From: an uncultured Collinsella sp.
GTDB taxonomy: Bacteria; Actinomycetota; Coriobacteriia; Coriobacteriales; Coriobacteriaceae
DNA length: 64,000 nucleotides
Assembly (NCBI GenBank): GCA_958348985.1
Contig: CATWBG010000005.1
Coordinates: forward strand, 20,465 to 84,464
Direction: 5' to 3'
The position numbers and the translations under genes were made by a program. This document shows, piece after piece, positions 18,857-29,123 of the stretch. The first letter of the stretch is position 1. Each line of letters opens with the position of its first letter. Below the pieces are notes generated by a model. The model searched no databases. It saw nothing but the letters and a program-made list of their open reading frames with translations, and was not told the origin of the DNA.

Positions 18857-21800
18857 GGCAGCAAACGATAGGCTACGACCTGCGGCTGTCCCGGCTTCCG
18901 AGGGTCTTCGACCTCGACGCGCACGAACTTGAGGGTCACCTCCGCAAAGCCGGCACGATGCAAAATATCGGCGTAGATGTGCGCTTGCAGAGCATGCTTT
19001 TCTCGCAGACCCTCGAGTGTCTCGTCGGAAGAGCCACCCGTTTTATAGTCGATGACCAGTGCACGCGATGGATCGGCGGGATCGTAGGCCAAAGCATCGA
19101 TCGCGCCTTCTGCAAAGCTGCCAAAACGCTGGCGGATCTCATCGTCATCAAGACCCAACGAGAAGAACGGAACTTCAGCCAAGACGCGTGGCCAACCAAG
19201 AAGCTCCGCGCGCACATCCGAGCCGGACCAGCGTTCAAGCGCCTCGTCAAAGCGAGTGCGCTGCGAGGCAGACACCTTCCAATAGGAGCACAGCGCCTCT
19301 GCACGGGCAGCCGGCAGCGAGGCGGAACCCGTCTCGATCAGCCATTGCGCCGCGGCATGAAATGCCGATCCGAGCGCACAGGGGTCGCCCTCATGCAGAG
19401 GGGTGCGCGATGAGGCCACATCGGACGAAGCCAGCGTCTCTTCGAGCGCGTCCCCCGTCAGGTCGTCAAGTGAATCTGCACTGGGAATAAACACGAGATT
19501 CGACCCCTGCGATGGCAGGTGGTCCTCCCCTGCCTCATCAAGCGTCGCCGCCAGAGAAGAATAGCTATAGGAATCGCGCTCCATGCGCGGGAGGATGGTG
19601 GAACAGAGGTGATGATGCTCGGGGCATGCAAGGGTAAAGGTGTCAAGAGGCCCGCCATCGTTGGGAAGAACGTCCGCCTCGGCGACAGGCGCGCTCTGCG
19701 CGGCAGCAAAAGCATCGGTCAGGCCGACATAACGAGATTCGCCGTAGGAAAAATCCCCCAACGGAATGAAGGCGTAATCGCCGCTTTTAGAGCCTTCGAA
19801 CACCAGGCGATCTTGAGCGAGGTCGGAGATACCCCTGGGCAAGATGCGATCGAGCACGGCGGCTGTAAGGTCACGATCCTCGTTGAACTTGAGCTCTGCA
19901 ACCTTGCCTGCCTTGCGCGCCGCCCCCGTGCCCGCATCGAGCGCCAAGATGAGCACTTCGCGGGCACGCGTCATGGCAACGTAGAGCAGACGTGCACGCT
20001 CCGCGAGCGATGCCGCCTCGTCTTCTTCTCGCATGGTGACAAACTCGCCCGCAGCAGAATCCGTGGCGCACACATCATCCATAAGCTCAGGGTCAAGCCA
20101 TGCGGGTGAAGACGTGCTACCGCGGAAATACTTATTGAAGGCCTTCTCGACATCGGCGCTTGCAACAAACGTCCCGTCCGCAGCGCGACCCCCCGCAAAA
20201 CGGGCGGGCAGCAGCGAAACGTCGACATGGTCTGCAGCACGGCGCATCTGCATGCGAGAAGCGTTGGCATGGATGCTGTAGCAATCCGCCACCGCGACAA
20301 CCGGGAACTCCAAGCCCTTTGAGGCATGCACCGTCATGATGCGAACTGCCGAGGCGTCACCCTCATTTAGGGCACCGGGGGCCTCCTTGCCCGCCAAAAA
20401 TGAATCGAGCGCGCCCGCGATCTGTCGCGGAGCATTGCCAAGGGCGTCTTCCGCATCCTGCAGGGCGTCGAGTGCCTTGAGCACGTTGGCGGCGATGGCA
20501 CGCCCTTCGGGACCGCGCTTCGTCAGGCGGACAAACCATCCCGAAGCGTTGATCACATCGCGCGCGATGCGGGCAAAAGAATCGCGACCCACACGCGCGA
20601 AGGCACAGCGAAGCACCTGTCGCGCGCGATCGAGCAGGAAAAGATTCTCAAAACCGGGCGCATCGTCATCCGAGGCAATGCCTGCATCCAGGTTACGGCG
20701 CCGCGTCTCGCCTGTTTCGGGGTCGTACGTGGTAGCGAGAGCCAAGAACTCCTCGACGCCGAGCGCGAACATCGGAGAAGCAAGCAACGGCATGAGCCCT
20801 TGGGCAGTATCTGCAGGATTCGCAAGCGCACAGACGAGAGCACGCACAGCGGACACCTCGGGCGCGCTTGAGAACACCGAGCCACCGGAGATGATACAGT
20901 CGAGTCCCTGCGCGCGAAATGCAGCGGCATAGCGGTCGGCAAAGGTCATGCCGCCCAAAAGCAATACCATGCCGCCCACGGGCTGGCCTCTATCGGCAAG
21001 CTCTTTAAAGCGAGCTGCAATCGTTGCCGCCTTGACGTCAATGCGCTCCTCCGCACTGCCGCCCGCAACAAAAATCGCCTGACGACGTGAGGCGTCCGTG
21101 GCGACCAGCGCATCGCGCCTGCCCTCGTGCGCTTCCAAGTCCAAGAAGTCGCACATCAGGCCGCCTTGCTCGCCATCAAAGACGCGCGCCACGTATTCCA
21201 AAATCTGGGCATGGCTGCGAAAGTTGCGCACGAGCTTGACGATGCGCCCTTGAGAGGACGAGTCGCTGTTGCCGGCCGCCTGGGCGATTGAGCGTTCCTG
21301 ACGACGAAACACTTCGACATCTGCGCCGCGAAAACGATAGATCGACTGCTGGGCATCGCCAACGGTGCATAGCGCACGGCCATCCTCGCCCGTAAGATAG
21401 GAAATAAGGTCGACCTGCTGCTGATCGGTATCTTGAAACTCATCGATCATCACGAGCCTGAAACGGTTCTCATAGGCAGAGCGCACTGAAGGGTAATCGC
21501 GCAAAGCCCCATGGGTCATGCGCAGAAGATCGTTGTTGTCCAAGCCGCCCGCGGCGCGCTTGAGTTCGCGGTACTCGGCCTCGACGAGGCGAGCAAGCCC
21601 AAAGAGCTGCTCTGTCGCGGAAGAGCCCACAGCCACCATCGCATTGATAAAGCTATCCGCCGCCTCGGCTTTAAGAAGCAAAACCTGGTCTTTGGGAAAC
21701 GCCTTGCTCGCGCGCGGAGCAGAGCAGGCCAGCATGCAGGCGCCAAGATCCGCCATGGTCTTTTCGCTCGCCTCGAAGGCGTCGATGGCGGCAAGCGCCG

Positions 21801-22497
21801 TGCGGGCGCATTCGGCGGCACCGGGGCTCGCCTCCAAGCAAGGGCGATATGCATCGGCCAAGCTGCTTAAATCCGCCTGCGCTCCCACAACGTGGATGTC
21901 ATCCATGCCATGCGGAAGCGCGCAGGACACCTCAAGCAGACGACGCACCAGGGAGCGTGCCGAAGTGCCCATTTCGCTACCGGAAGGACCGATTTCTCCG
22001 TAGAGCGGATACCAGGTTTTGAGTTCGGTAAAAGGATCGGCGTCATCGCCGCGCTCATCGCGGGCTGCAGAAAGCACGTGCTCCACCGCACGGTCCATAA
22101 GGACCGCAGCCGATCCCTCCTCAAGCACCTGGAAAGCGGGATCGATACCCAGCTCGAGAGCATGGGCGCGAAGAATACGAGAGCACATGCCGTGAATGGT
22201 CGAGATCCAAGAATCGTCGACCGTCAGGGCCTCTTCTGCCATGCCGGCTTCAATGAGAGCGGCACGCACACGCTCGCGAATCTCCGCCGCGGCGTCTTTG
22301 GTAAATGTGATAGCGAGCACCTGGTCCAGATGTTCGGCAAAAGGACCGGACTCCGGGGAGAGCGCCCACAGGATACGGCGCGTAAGGGTGAAGGTCTTGC
22401 CCGAGCCGGCGCCCGCCGACACAAACAGAGGGCGATCGAGCGTCGTCACGATCTCGCGCTGTTGAGGCATCAATGTTGAGAGATCCATGGTACTCAC
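18853..22497 (-). CDS. addA: AddA-like UvrD helicase with C-terminal PD-(D/E)XK nuclease
   Basis: AGAGSGKT, DEFQD, VGDAQQSIYRFRGA, TVHASKGLEFP, YVAMTRA, GAID...IDYKTG. Confidence 0.9.
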   Translation of the reverse strand: MSTMDLSTLMPQQREIVTTLDRPLFVSAGAGSGKTFTLTRRILWALSPESGPFAEHLDQVLAITFTKDAAAEIRERVRAALIEAGMAEEALTVDDSWISTIHGMCSRILRAHALELGIDPAFQVLEEGSAAVLMDRAVEHVLSAARDERGDDADPFTELKTWYPLYGEIGPSGSEMGTSARSLVRRLLEVSCALPHGMDDIHVVGAQADLSSLADAYRPCLEASPGAAECARTALAAIDAFEASEKTMADLGACMLACSAPRASKAFPKDQVLLLKAEAADSFINAMVAVGSSATEQLFGLARLVEAEYRELKRAAGGLDNNDLLRMTHGALRDYPSVRSAYENRFRLVMIDEFQDTDQQQVDLISYLTGEDGRALCTVGDAQQSIYRFRGADVEVFRRQERSIAQAAGNSDSSSQGRIVKLVRNFRSHAQILEYVARVFDGEQGGLMCDFLDLEAHEGRRDALVATDASRRQAIFVAGGSAEERIDVKAATIAARFKELADRGQPVGGMVLLLGGMTFADRYAAAFRAQGLDCIISGGSVFSSAPEVSAVRALVCALANPADTAQGLMPLLASPMFALGVEEFLALATTYDPETGETRRRNLDAGIASDDDAPGFENLFLLDRARQVLRCAFARVGRDSFARIARDVINASGWFVRLTKRGPEGRAIAANVLKALDALQDAEDALGNAPRQIAGALDSFLAGKEAPGALNEGDASAVRIMTVHASKGLEFPVVAVADCYSIHANASRMQMRRAADHVDVSLLPARFAGGRAADGTFVASADVEKAFNKYFRGSTSSPAWLDPELMDDVCATDSAAGEFVTMREEDEAASLAERARLLYVAMTRAREVLILALDAGTGAARKAGKVAELKFNEDRDLTAAVLDRILPRGISDLAQDRLVFEGSKSGDYAFIPLGDFSYGESRYVGLTDAFAAAQSAPVAEADVLPNDGGPLDTFTLACPEHHHLCSTILPRMERDSYSYSSLAATLDEAGEDHLPSQGSNLVFIPSADSLDDLTGDALEETLASSDVASSRTPLHEGDPCALGSAFHAAAQWLIETGSASLPAARAEALCSYWKVSASQRTRFDEALERWSGSDVRAELLGWPRVLAEVPFFSLGLDDDEIRQRFGSFAEGAIDALAYDPADPSRALVIDYKTGGSSDETLEGLREKHALQAHIYADILHRAGFAEVTLKFVRVEVEDPRKPGQPQVVAYRLLP

Positions 22498-25400
22498 GCT
22501 CCCCTCCTCTCAAATCCAGACGGATGGTTAAACGAACAACGGCCGGCGGGATCTTCGGATGCACACACAACACCATGGGCCATCTCATCCAGGCGCTGTG
22601 CGATAGCCTCTTCGACACGGTCAAGCAGCTGCTCAAACGTCATGGTTCCGCCATGCTCCGCCGCAGGAAAACCATCGCGCAGCCCGGGGATCATACCCTC
22701 CTCGGCCTTGTCGCCCACAAGCGCCGCCGCAGCGGCACCGCGCATGGCGGGCACTCGACCCTTCGTAGAAAAATAGAGCGCGGCGGCAGGCTCGAGGCCC
22801 AAGGCGCGGCGCATCGCCTGAGCATAGATGAGCGACTGCGTGTGCTCGGGGAGCCAGCGCTCGTCCTCAGCCGGAATCGTGCCGTCCTTGAGCGGAACGG
22901 TGGGATCTTTGAGCTTGAAGGGATTGACGTCCCCGCGATGCTTGTAATCGATAATGGCCGCGCGGCCCTCGGCATCCACATCCACACGGTCGATGCGCCC
23001 GCCCAGGGGCCACCCGGCGTACGTGACGCCCAGGCCATTGAAGGAGTACTCAAGATATGCGGGCTTGAACGGCATGAGGGCGCCTGCCTCATAGCGCACC
23101 ACGCGCTCGAGCTGAGGCAAGATCTCGTCAATCTGCGCGCGTTCGCCCGCATCGAGGGGCACGAGGGCGGCAGAGCTTGCCGTCTTGCCACGCGCGTGCT
23201 CCGCGCGAACCTCGTCAAATGCCTCATGCAAGGCAAAAAGAGCTGCCGAAACGTTCTCGGGGCATACGCGGTCCACGCCTGCTTCGAGCAACCCGCTATG
23301 GAAGCGGAACATGACATCGTGGACGAAGTTGCCCTTTTCGATATTGCCAAAGCCGGCATCGATCGAAGAAGGACGCACACGCGAGGAAACAAACCAGCAC
23401 AGGGGGCAGGAACTGTAGCTTTCGATCTGCGAAGCGGATAGTTGCCGCGCAACCAGCTCGCCGTTCTCGCTGCGTTGGCGAAGGACCACATAAGGCGTAG
23501 CCTCGTCGCTCAACTGCTGAGGAGGAAGGCACTGGACTTGGCACGTATCGAGGCCAACGGCGAGCGAGGGATCAAGATCGAGTACGATATCGCCCTCGTC
23601 GGTCTGTTCCACATTCGCAGCGGCGCCCGCACGCGTGCGAAGTTCGGTCCATATCGCAGCGGGATAGACATCTTTGGCCTGCCGGTCGTGCGTCACGCGT
23701 GCAAGAATCGCCGCGCCGCTTGAAGCGCGAACGGCGCGGTCGAAGAGCACGCGCTGGTACGACGCAGGATCGATTGTCACCGGAGCCGCTGCCAGACGCT
23801 CGCCCAGCAAAGTAGAAGCGTCCTCTTTGACCGCAAGGGAATAGGTTTCGGCATCGACATCCAAAAAGACCATCGCATCGAAGGCGCCCGGGCGAGCCGC
23901 GGCCGCCGCGGCGAGCGTCAGGAACTGCGCCACGGGGCGCGACACCAAAGCGTCAAGGGGCTCTGAAGCATCGGCGTCGGGCCTGAGCTCATCCGTCTTT
24001 GCAGATATGCCAACCTTGAGACCGGAGAGTACGCCCGTAGCCACACTTTGGGGGACGTCGACAGCACGCGTCTCATCCATAAGCATGGCAATCGCCATTT
24101 TGAGCATGGACGCCTCGCGCTCACGCGCCACCGCTCCATCCGTATTGCCAAAAGCATACGCGGGCAGCGCCTCCACAACCAAAAGCATCGATTTAAATGC
24201 AGAGACGGGACGCTCCTGCATCAGGTACTGCACCACATCGGCACACACCGCGGGAACCTGCGCCCAGGGATTGTCGGAATCGAGCTTCTTGCGCTGGGCG
24301 GTCACGCGCGTCTGGATACTCTGCAGCTCACTCAGCACGGCATCGACGCCCATGGCGCGCTTGCCACGAATCTTCTTATCGAAAGCGCGCGCAGACCAGG
24401 CATCGCAGCCCGAAAGCGGACAGGCAAGCCAGTCGGAGAGCTCGGGGGCAGGCCACCACTCGGAATCGGGAATCTCCCCTGCTGCCGCGGCCCTCATGCG
24501 CGCCACGAAATTGGACAACGCGTTGAATTGTGCGCCCGTACGCGACTCGTCGAACCTGACGTCGGCAGGGGCGACCACCCGCACGCCACAGGCGGCAAGA
24601 CGCTCGGTAAGCTGGTAGGCCGCCTTCGCCGGACGGCGCGCCACAACCGCGACAACGGCCCGTGGGCTTGATGCGGCCGCGCACGCCTGCTCGGCAGCAC
24701 GGGAAATAAGTTGAGTGTAAGCGCGGTTGCGCGCATGCGGTCCCGCCACCTCAAAAAACAACGCGGGAAGCACGGGGGAGGCAGCGGCTTCGCCCGCAAG
24801 AGATTCCTCGATCGAAGCCTCAACGCCACGGACACCAAATGCCTCTTCGATACACAAGGCGGTATCGCGTTGCTGCGGGGCGAGCAACACGGTGCATTCG
24901 CCCGCTGCCCCCACCGATGCAAGCAAGTCCATAAGGTAGGCGGGAACCCTTTGCATGCCGCGCACGATTACGCAGGAGGCGCAGGCGGGAAGCTCGTCTG
25001 CAAATGAGCGAGCCAAATGGGCCGCCGCCGCCGAGGTCTCCTCGAGACCAAGCTTTGCAAGACGATCCGCATAGCGCTTGAGCAAGCGCACAACCAGGTC
25101 CTCGGCTTGCGAAGCGGGTGCCAGACGAGCTGTGCGCGCCCCATCGAGCACATAGGGCAAAAAGTCGCGCGCCATGGAGGCGAGCAGGAAACGCGTGCCC
25201 GGGGTGTCACGCAGCGGCTCCAGATCGGAAGGGTCCCAGGATGCCAGAATGTCGGCGATAAGCAAGCTTCGCTGCAGAGCGCTCACCAGATGGGTGCCCG
25301 TTCCCAGCAGCTCCCAAAGCGAAGCGATCCATCCGGCAGGCGTTGTCACCTCAACACCAAGGCCACAGCCGGCCTGTGCCAACGCATGACGGCACGTCTC

Positions 25401-25526
25401 GCGTTCCTCGAAAGAGGAGGTCAGCAGCTCGACGCGGCCACGCGCGGTCACCGCACGACGTATGGTCAAAGATTCCGCGCCGACAGGCTCCGCAGCCGAA
25501 TCGACAATACGAATGTGAACTGCCAT
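22494..25526 (-). CDS. addB: AddB-like partner with C-terminal PD-(D/E)XK nuclease
   Basis: Start reassigned to MAVHIR; LSASQIESYSSCP, GRIDRVD, IIDYK; overlaps the addA start. Confidence 0.85.
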   Translation of the reverse strand: MAVHIRIVDSAAEPVGAESLTIRRAVTARGRVELLTSSFEERETCRHALAQAGCGLGVEVTTPAGWIASLWELLGTGTHLVSALQRSLLIADILASWDPSDLEPLRDTPGTRFLLASMARDFLPYVLDGARTARLAPASQAEDLVVRLLKRYADRLAKLGLEETSAAAAHLARSFADELPACASCVIVRGMQRVPAYLMDLLASVGAAGECTVLLAPQQRDTALCIEEAFGVRGVEASIEESLAGEAAASPVLPALFFEVAGPHARNRAYTQLISRAAEQACAAASSPRAVVAVVARRPAKAAYQLTERLAACGVRVVAPADVRFDESRTGAQFNALSNFVARMRAAAAGEIPDSEWWPAPELSDWLACPLSGCDAWSARAFDKKIRGKRAMGVDAVLSELQSIQTRVTAQRKKLDSDNPWAQVPAVCADVVQYLMQERPVSAFKSMLLVVEALPAYAFGNTDGAVAREREASMLKMAIAMLMDETRAVDVPQSVATGVLSGLKVGISAKTDELRPDADASEPLDALVSRPVAQFLTLAAAAAARPGAFDAMVFLDVDAETYSLAVKEDASTLLGERLAAAPVTIDPASYQRVLFDRAVRASSGAAILARVTHDRQAKDVYPAAIWTELRTRAGAAANVEQTDEGDIVLDLDPSLAVGLDTCQVQCLPPQQLSDEATPYVVLRQRSENGELVARQLSASQIESYSSCPLCWFVSSRVRPSSIDAGFGNIEKGNFVHDVMFRFHSGLLEAGVDRVCPENVSAALFALHEAFDEVRAEHARGKTASSAALVPLDAGERAQIDEILPQLERVVRYEAGALMPFKPAYLEYSFNGLGVTYAGWPLGGRIDRVDVDAEGRAAIIDYKHRGDVNPFKLKDPTVPLKDGTIPAEDERWLPEHTQSLIYAQAMRRALGLEPAAALYFSTKGRVPAMRGAAAAALVGDKAEEGMIPGLRDGFPAAEHGGTMTFEQLLDRVEEAIAQRLDEMAHGVVCASEDPAGRCSFNHPSGFERRGA

Positions 25527-25670
25527 GGTCCTCCCACGTTCTCTTTTTGCTACCAACCATGCTACATGCCCGTGCGGACAGACAACATCACGGCTGGTGC
25601 CTCGCGCAAACAAAACAGGCTCCGTCCCATAGGAGCGGAGCCCGGATGGCAAGCGCTTTGAATCAAATGC

Positions 25671-25970
25671 CTACTTCGCGTCATCAAGCTCGATAAGCAC
25701 GCGACGATAGCCGCCGGATTCGCCGTTCAGGGCCTTTGAGACGCGGCTCACCGTGGTCGACGAGGCACCGGTGCGAGCCTGGACCTCGACATAGGGCTCA
25801 CCGGCGTCGAGAAAACGCGCAACCGTCAGACGCTGAGCGAAATCGCAAATCTCACGCGGCGTGCAAAGGTCTTTGAGGAATGCTCGGACATCATCCTCGT
25901 TCTTGAGCAAAAGCAGTGCCTTTACAAGTTGATCGACGTCTTCACGATCGAATAGAGCTTCAACATCCAT
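25671..25970 (-). CDS. YerC/YecD TrpR-like repressor (HisR-like)
   Basis: FLKDLCTPREI...QRL.VA..L...Y...TGASSTTVSRV. Confidence 0.9.
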   Translation of the reverse strand: MDVEALFDREDVDQLVKALLLLKNEDDVRAFLKDLCTPREICDFAQRLTVARFLDAGEPYVEVQARTGASSTTVSRVSKALNGESGGYRRVLIELDDAK

Positions 25971-26040
25971 GGGAACCTCACCGTCATATCGAAGAGTGCG
26001 CTGATACCGATTACCAGCACGCCTGTTTTTTCCATCGGCA

Positions 26041-26067
26041 AGTGTAACACGCTACCACGCTAAAGTA
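26041..26067 (-). promoter_or_regulatory. Candidate HisR/YerC operator abutting a -10 element
   Basis: Minus strand reads TACTTTAGCGTGGTAGCGTG then TACACT. Confidence 0.55.
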
Positions 26068-26177
26068 TCCGCCCACCCCACAGACGGCCCCTTCCCCCTC
26101 AAAATAGGTCACGTTGTCGCCGGGTTTATTTTGGCACGTCTTCGCGAGTCCTGTACGAATATGAACGAGATGTGAAA

Positions 26178-26214
26178 ATGTGACAAATAAACCTGAGGAC
26201 TTTTGTCACATTAG
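26178..26214. repeat. 37-bp hairpin repeat overlapping the proA stop codon
   Basis: atgtgacaaa-taaacctgaggact-tttgtcacat-tag. Confidence 0.85.
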
Positions 26215-27494
26215 GGGCGGGTTTGGCCGCAGCCGCGGATTTCGTACTTGTAGGTGGTGAGCGCCTCGGCGGCAAAGGGGCCGCGGGCATGCAGTTTCTG
26301 GGTGGAGATCCCAATCTCTGCGCCAAGCCCAAACTCGCCACCGTCGGTAAAGCGCGTGCTTGCATTCACGTACACGGAGCTCGCGTCGACCTCACGCAAG
26401 AAACGCTCGCCCGCCTGAATATCCTCGGTCACGATAGCTTCGGAATGACCCGTGCCATAGCGGTTGATGTGCGCAATGGCCTCGTCCTCGTCGGCCACCA
26501 CCTTGACGCTCATCTCGAGCGCCAGATACTCGCGCCCCCAGTCGTCCTCGGTCGCAGAGACGTAATCGGCGCCCTCGGCAAGACCAGCGGCCGCAGCGGC
26601 AGCGCACGTCATCGCATCGCCGTGAATAAAGACGCCGTGCTCGTGCAAAGTCTTCACCACCTGAGGCAGCACCGCATCGGCAACCGCATCGTCCACCAGC
26701 AGGGACTCGGCAGCATTGCACACGCCCACGCGCTGCGTCTTGGCATTAACGATGATGGGCAGGGCCTTTTGCATATCAACGTCCTTATGCAGGTAGATAT
26801 GGCAGTTTCCCGTTCCCGTCTCGATAACGGGAACAAGCGATTCCCTTATGCAGCGCTGGATAAGGCCGGCACCGCCGCGCGGGATGAGCACATCGACGAT
26901 GCCGCGCAGACCCATAAGGGCCCCCGTGGCGGCACGGTCGGTGGTCTCGATAATACTCACGGCCTCACGCGAAAAGCCGCACGCTTCAACGGCATCGGCA
27001 AGCGCGTGCGCGATAGCGACGCAGGAGCACTGTGCCATGGAGCCGCCGCGAAGGATGCAGGCATTACCGGTGCGAATGCAGATACCGGCCGCATCTGCCG
27101 TCACGTTGGGACGAGCCTCGTAGACCATGGCGACAAGACCCAGCGGCACGCTTACCTTCTGCAGGTCAAGGCCGCAATCGATCGTGCGGTGCTCAAGCAC
27201 GCGACCCACCGGGTCGGGAAGCTCGGCGAGTTTCTCGAGGCCGGCGGCCATCCCCTCGATACGCTCGTGCGTAAGCTTGAGGCGATCGAGCAGGCCAGCG
27301 CTCGTACCTGCCTTGGCAGCGGCGTCCATGTCGAGTCCGTTTTGCTCGAGAATCGTCGGCTCGGCATCGCGCAGGGCGGTCGCCATCGCGCGCACGGCAG
27401 CGACACGCTGCTCGTTGGAAGCAAAACCCAGGGGCCTCGACGCCGCCTTCGCTGCCGCCGCAAGTCCCTCCACATACGTTGCGATATCTTCCAT
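26211..27494 (-). CDS. proA: Gamma-glutamyl phosphate reductase
   Basis: VYEARPNVT, GNCHIY, CNAAE, NASTRFTDGGEFGLGAEIGISTQKLHARGP; start MEDIA after GGAGG. Confidence 0.97.
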   Translation of the reverse strand: MEDIATYVEGLAAAAKAASRPLGFASNEQRVAAVRAMATALRDAEPTILEQNGLDMDAAAKAGTSAGLLDRLKLTHERIEGMAAGLEKLAELPDPVGRVLEHRTIDCGLDLQKVSVPLGLVAMVYEARPNVTADAAGICIRTGNACILRGGSMAQCSCVAIAHALADAVEACGFSREAVSIIETTDRAATGALMGLRGIVDVLIPRGGAGLIQRCIRESLVPVIETGTGNCHIYLHKDVDMQKALPIIVNAKTQRVGVCNAAESLLVDDAVADAVLPQVVKTLHEHGVFIHGDAMTCAAAAAAGLAEGADYVSATEDDWGREYLALEMSVKVVADEDEAIAHINRYGTGHSEAIVTEDIQAGERFLREVDASSVYVNASTRFTDGGEFGLGAEIGISTQKLHARGPFAAEALTTYKYEIRGCGQTRP

Positions 27495-27662
27495 GGTTAC
27501 CTCCATCCGTCCGCTCATTGCACCCCATGGTAAACGAAACGGCCTCGTCTAGACATGGCAAGATGGACAGGTGCCCCAATTAGAAACGGACGCGCACCAA
27601 GACCTGTACCCCGCGGTGCTTTGGCTATGATGAATATACCGAATGATCCCGAAGGAGCAACC

Positions 27663-29084
27663 ATGACCAAACTCGCCAGCTACTACGTCCCCGGCCTCTA
27701 TGTCGAGGACCATTCCATCGATGTCCCCCTCGACTGGCGCGGTCTCGAACCGGCGCTACTTGCTGTGGGCTCTACCATGCGCCGCGGCGCCACGCCCACG
27801 CCGATTCCCGGCGCACCCGAGAGCATCAAACTGTTCTACCGCGTCCTGTGCGCGCCGGGTCGCGAAAACGACGACCTTCCCTTGCTCGTCTTTTTCCAAG
27901 GCGGTCCCGGCGGCGAATGCCCTCGCCCCTGCTCGCCCACAAGCGATGGCTGGATCGCCGAGGCCATCAAGCACTTCCGCATCGTTTTGCCCGACCAGCG
28001 CGGATGCGGTCGCAGCAGTCGCGTGAGCGGCAAGGGGATTGAAGCCCTGGGCACCCGCGCGACCGCAGCAGGCGCCAACCCCGCCCGCGCGCAGGCGGAT
28101 TTCCTCAAGCGCTACCTGGCAAGCTCGATCGTCCGCGATTTTGAGTACCTGCGTCTCACGCAATTTGGCGGAAAGCGCTGGGTGTCGCTCGGTCAAAGCT
28201 ATGGCGGCTTTTTGACTCTCACGTACCTTTCGCTCTTCCCCGCAGGCCTCGCCGCCTGCTTTACCTGCGGTGGCATCCCCCATGTTCCCGCCAGCGCCGC
28301 CGAGGTCTATGCGCACACCTTCCCGCGCATGGCAACGAAGACCCAACAGTACTACGAGCGCTATCCGCAAGACGTCAAGCGCGTAGCCGCCCTCGCCGAC
28401 GCGCTCAGCGCCACGCCCGTAACTTTGCCCGATGCTAGCCCCATGACAGTCGAGCGCCTACAGCTCTTTGGCAGCGATTTTGGCATGAAGCCGAGTTTTG
28501 AGCGCATGCACTGGATCATGGACCATGCCTTTGAAGATGGCGACGGCACCCTGGGCAACGCCGACCCCACCATCTCCAACGGCTTTTTGATGAGCGCCCT
28601 CGCGCGCACCACGACTGCGACGAATCCGCTCTATTGGACGCTACAGGAATTTATCTACGCCGACGGGGACACCATGCCCATCGGCTGGGCAGCTGCCGCA
28701 GAAAAGGCAGGTCGTCCGGAGTTCGATCCAGCCGCCCGCCCGCTCATGCTCACCGGCGAGGCCGCCTTCCCCTGGATGTTTAAGGAGATGCCCGAACTCA
28801 AGCCGTTTGCGCCGGCGATGGACCTCCTTATGGAGGACACCTCTTGGGACCATATCTATGACCCGCAGCGCCTCGCCGCAAACGAAGTGCCGCTGCAGGC
28901 AGCTGTCTACTTTGACGATATGTACGTCGACTCCGCCTTGCAGCTGGACACCCTCAGCCATGTGGGCGCAACCCATGCCTGGGTCACCAACGAATTTGAG
29001 CACGACGGCCTGCATGGCGACACCGTGTTCAAGCACCTTCTTGACGAGGCCCTTATGCGTGGCGACCTCGCAGGGATTCTCTAG
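27663..29084 (+). CDS. Proline iminopeptidase (alpha/beta hydrolase, S33)
   Basis: QGGPG, DQRGCGRS, GQSYGG, DDMYV, EHDG; start MTKL after GAAGGAG. Confidence 0.88.
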   Translation: MTKLASYYVPGLYVEDHSIDVPLDWRGLEPALLAVGSTMRRGATPTPIPGAPESIKLFYRVLCAPGRENDDLPLLVFFQGGPGGECPRPCSPTSDGWIAEAIKHFRIVLPDQRGCGRSSRVSGKGIEALGTRATAAGANPARAQADFLKRYLASSIVRDFEYLRLTQFGGKRWVSLGQSYGGFLTLTYLSLFPAGLAACFTCGGIPHVPASAAEVYAHTFPRMATKTQQYYERYPQDVKRVAALADALSATPVTLPDASPMTVERLQLFGSDFGMKPSFERMHWIMDHAFEDGDGTLGNADPTISNGFLMSALARTTTATNPLYWTLQEFIYADGDTMPIGWAAAAEKAGRPEFDPAARPLMLTGEAAFPWMFKEMPELKPFAPAMDLLMEDTSWDHIYDPQRLAANEVPLQAAVYFDDMYVDSALQLDTLSHVGATHAWVTNEFEHDGLHGDTVFKHLLDEALMRGDLAGIL

Positions 29085-29123
29085 TCTTGCCAAGACGCAC
29101 GGAAACGGAACGCGAAAACGACC

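Noticed and set aside
18853..25526. Helicase-nuclease pair as a novel defence system
   Set aside because: Size, order and motifs fit housekeeping AddAB
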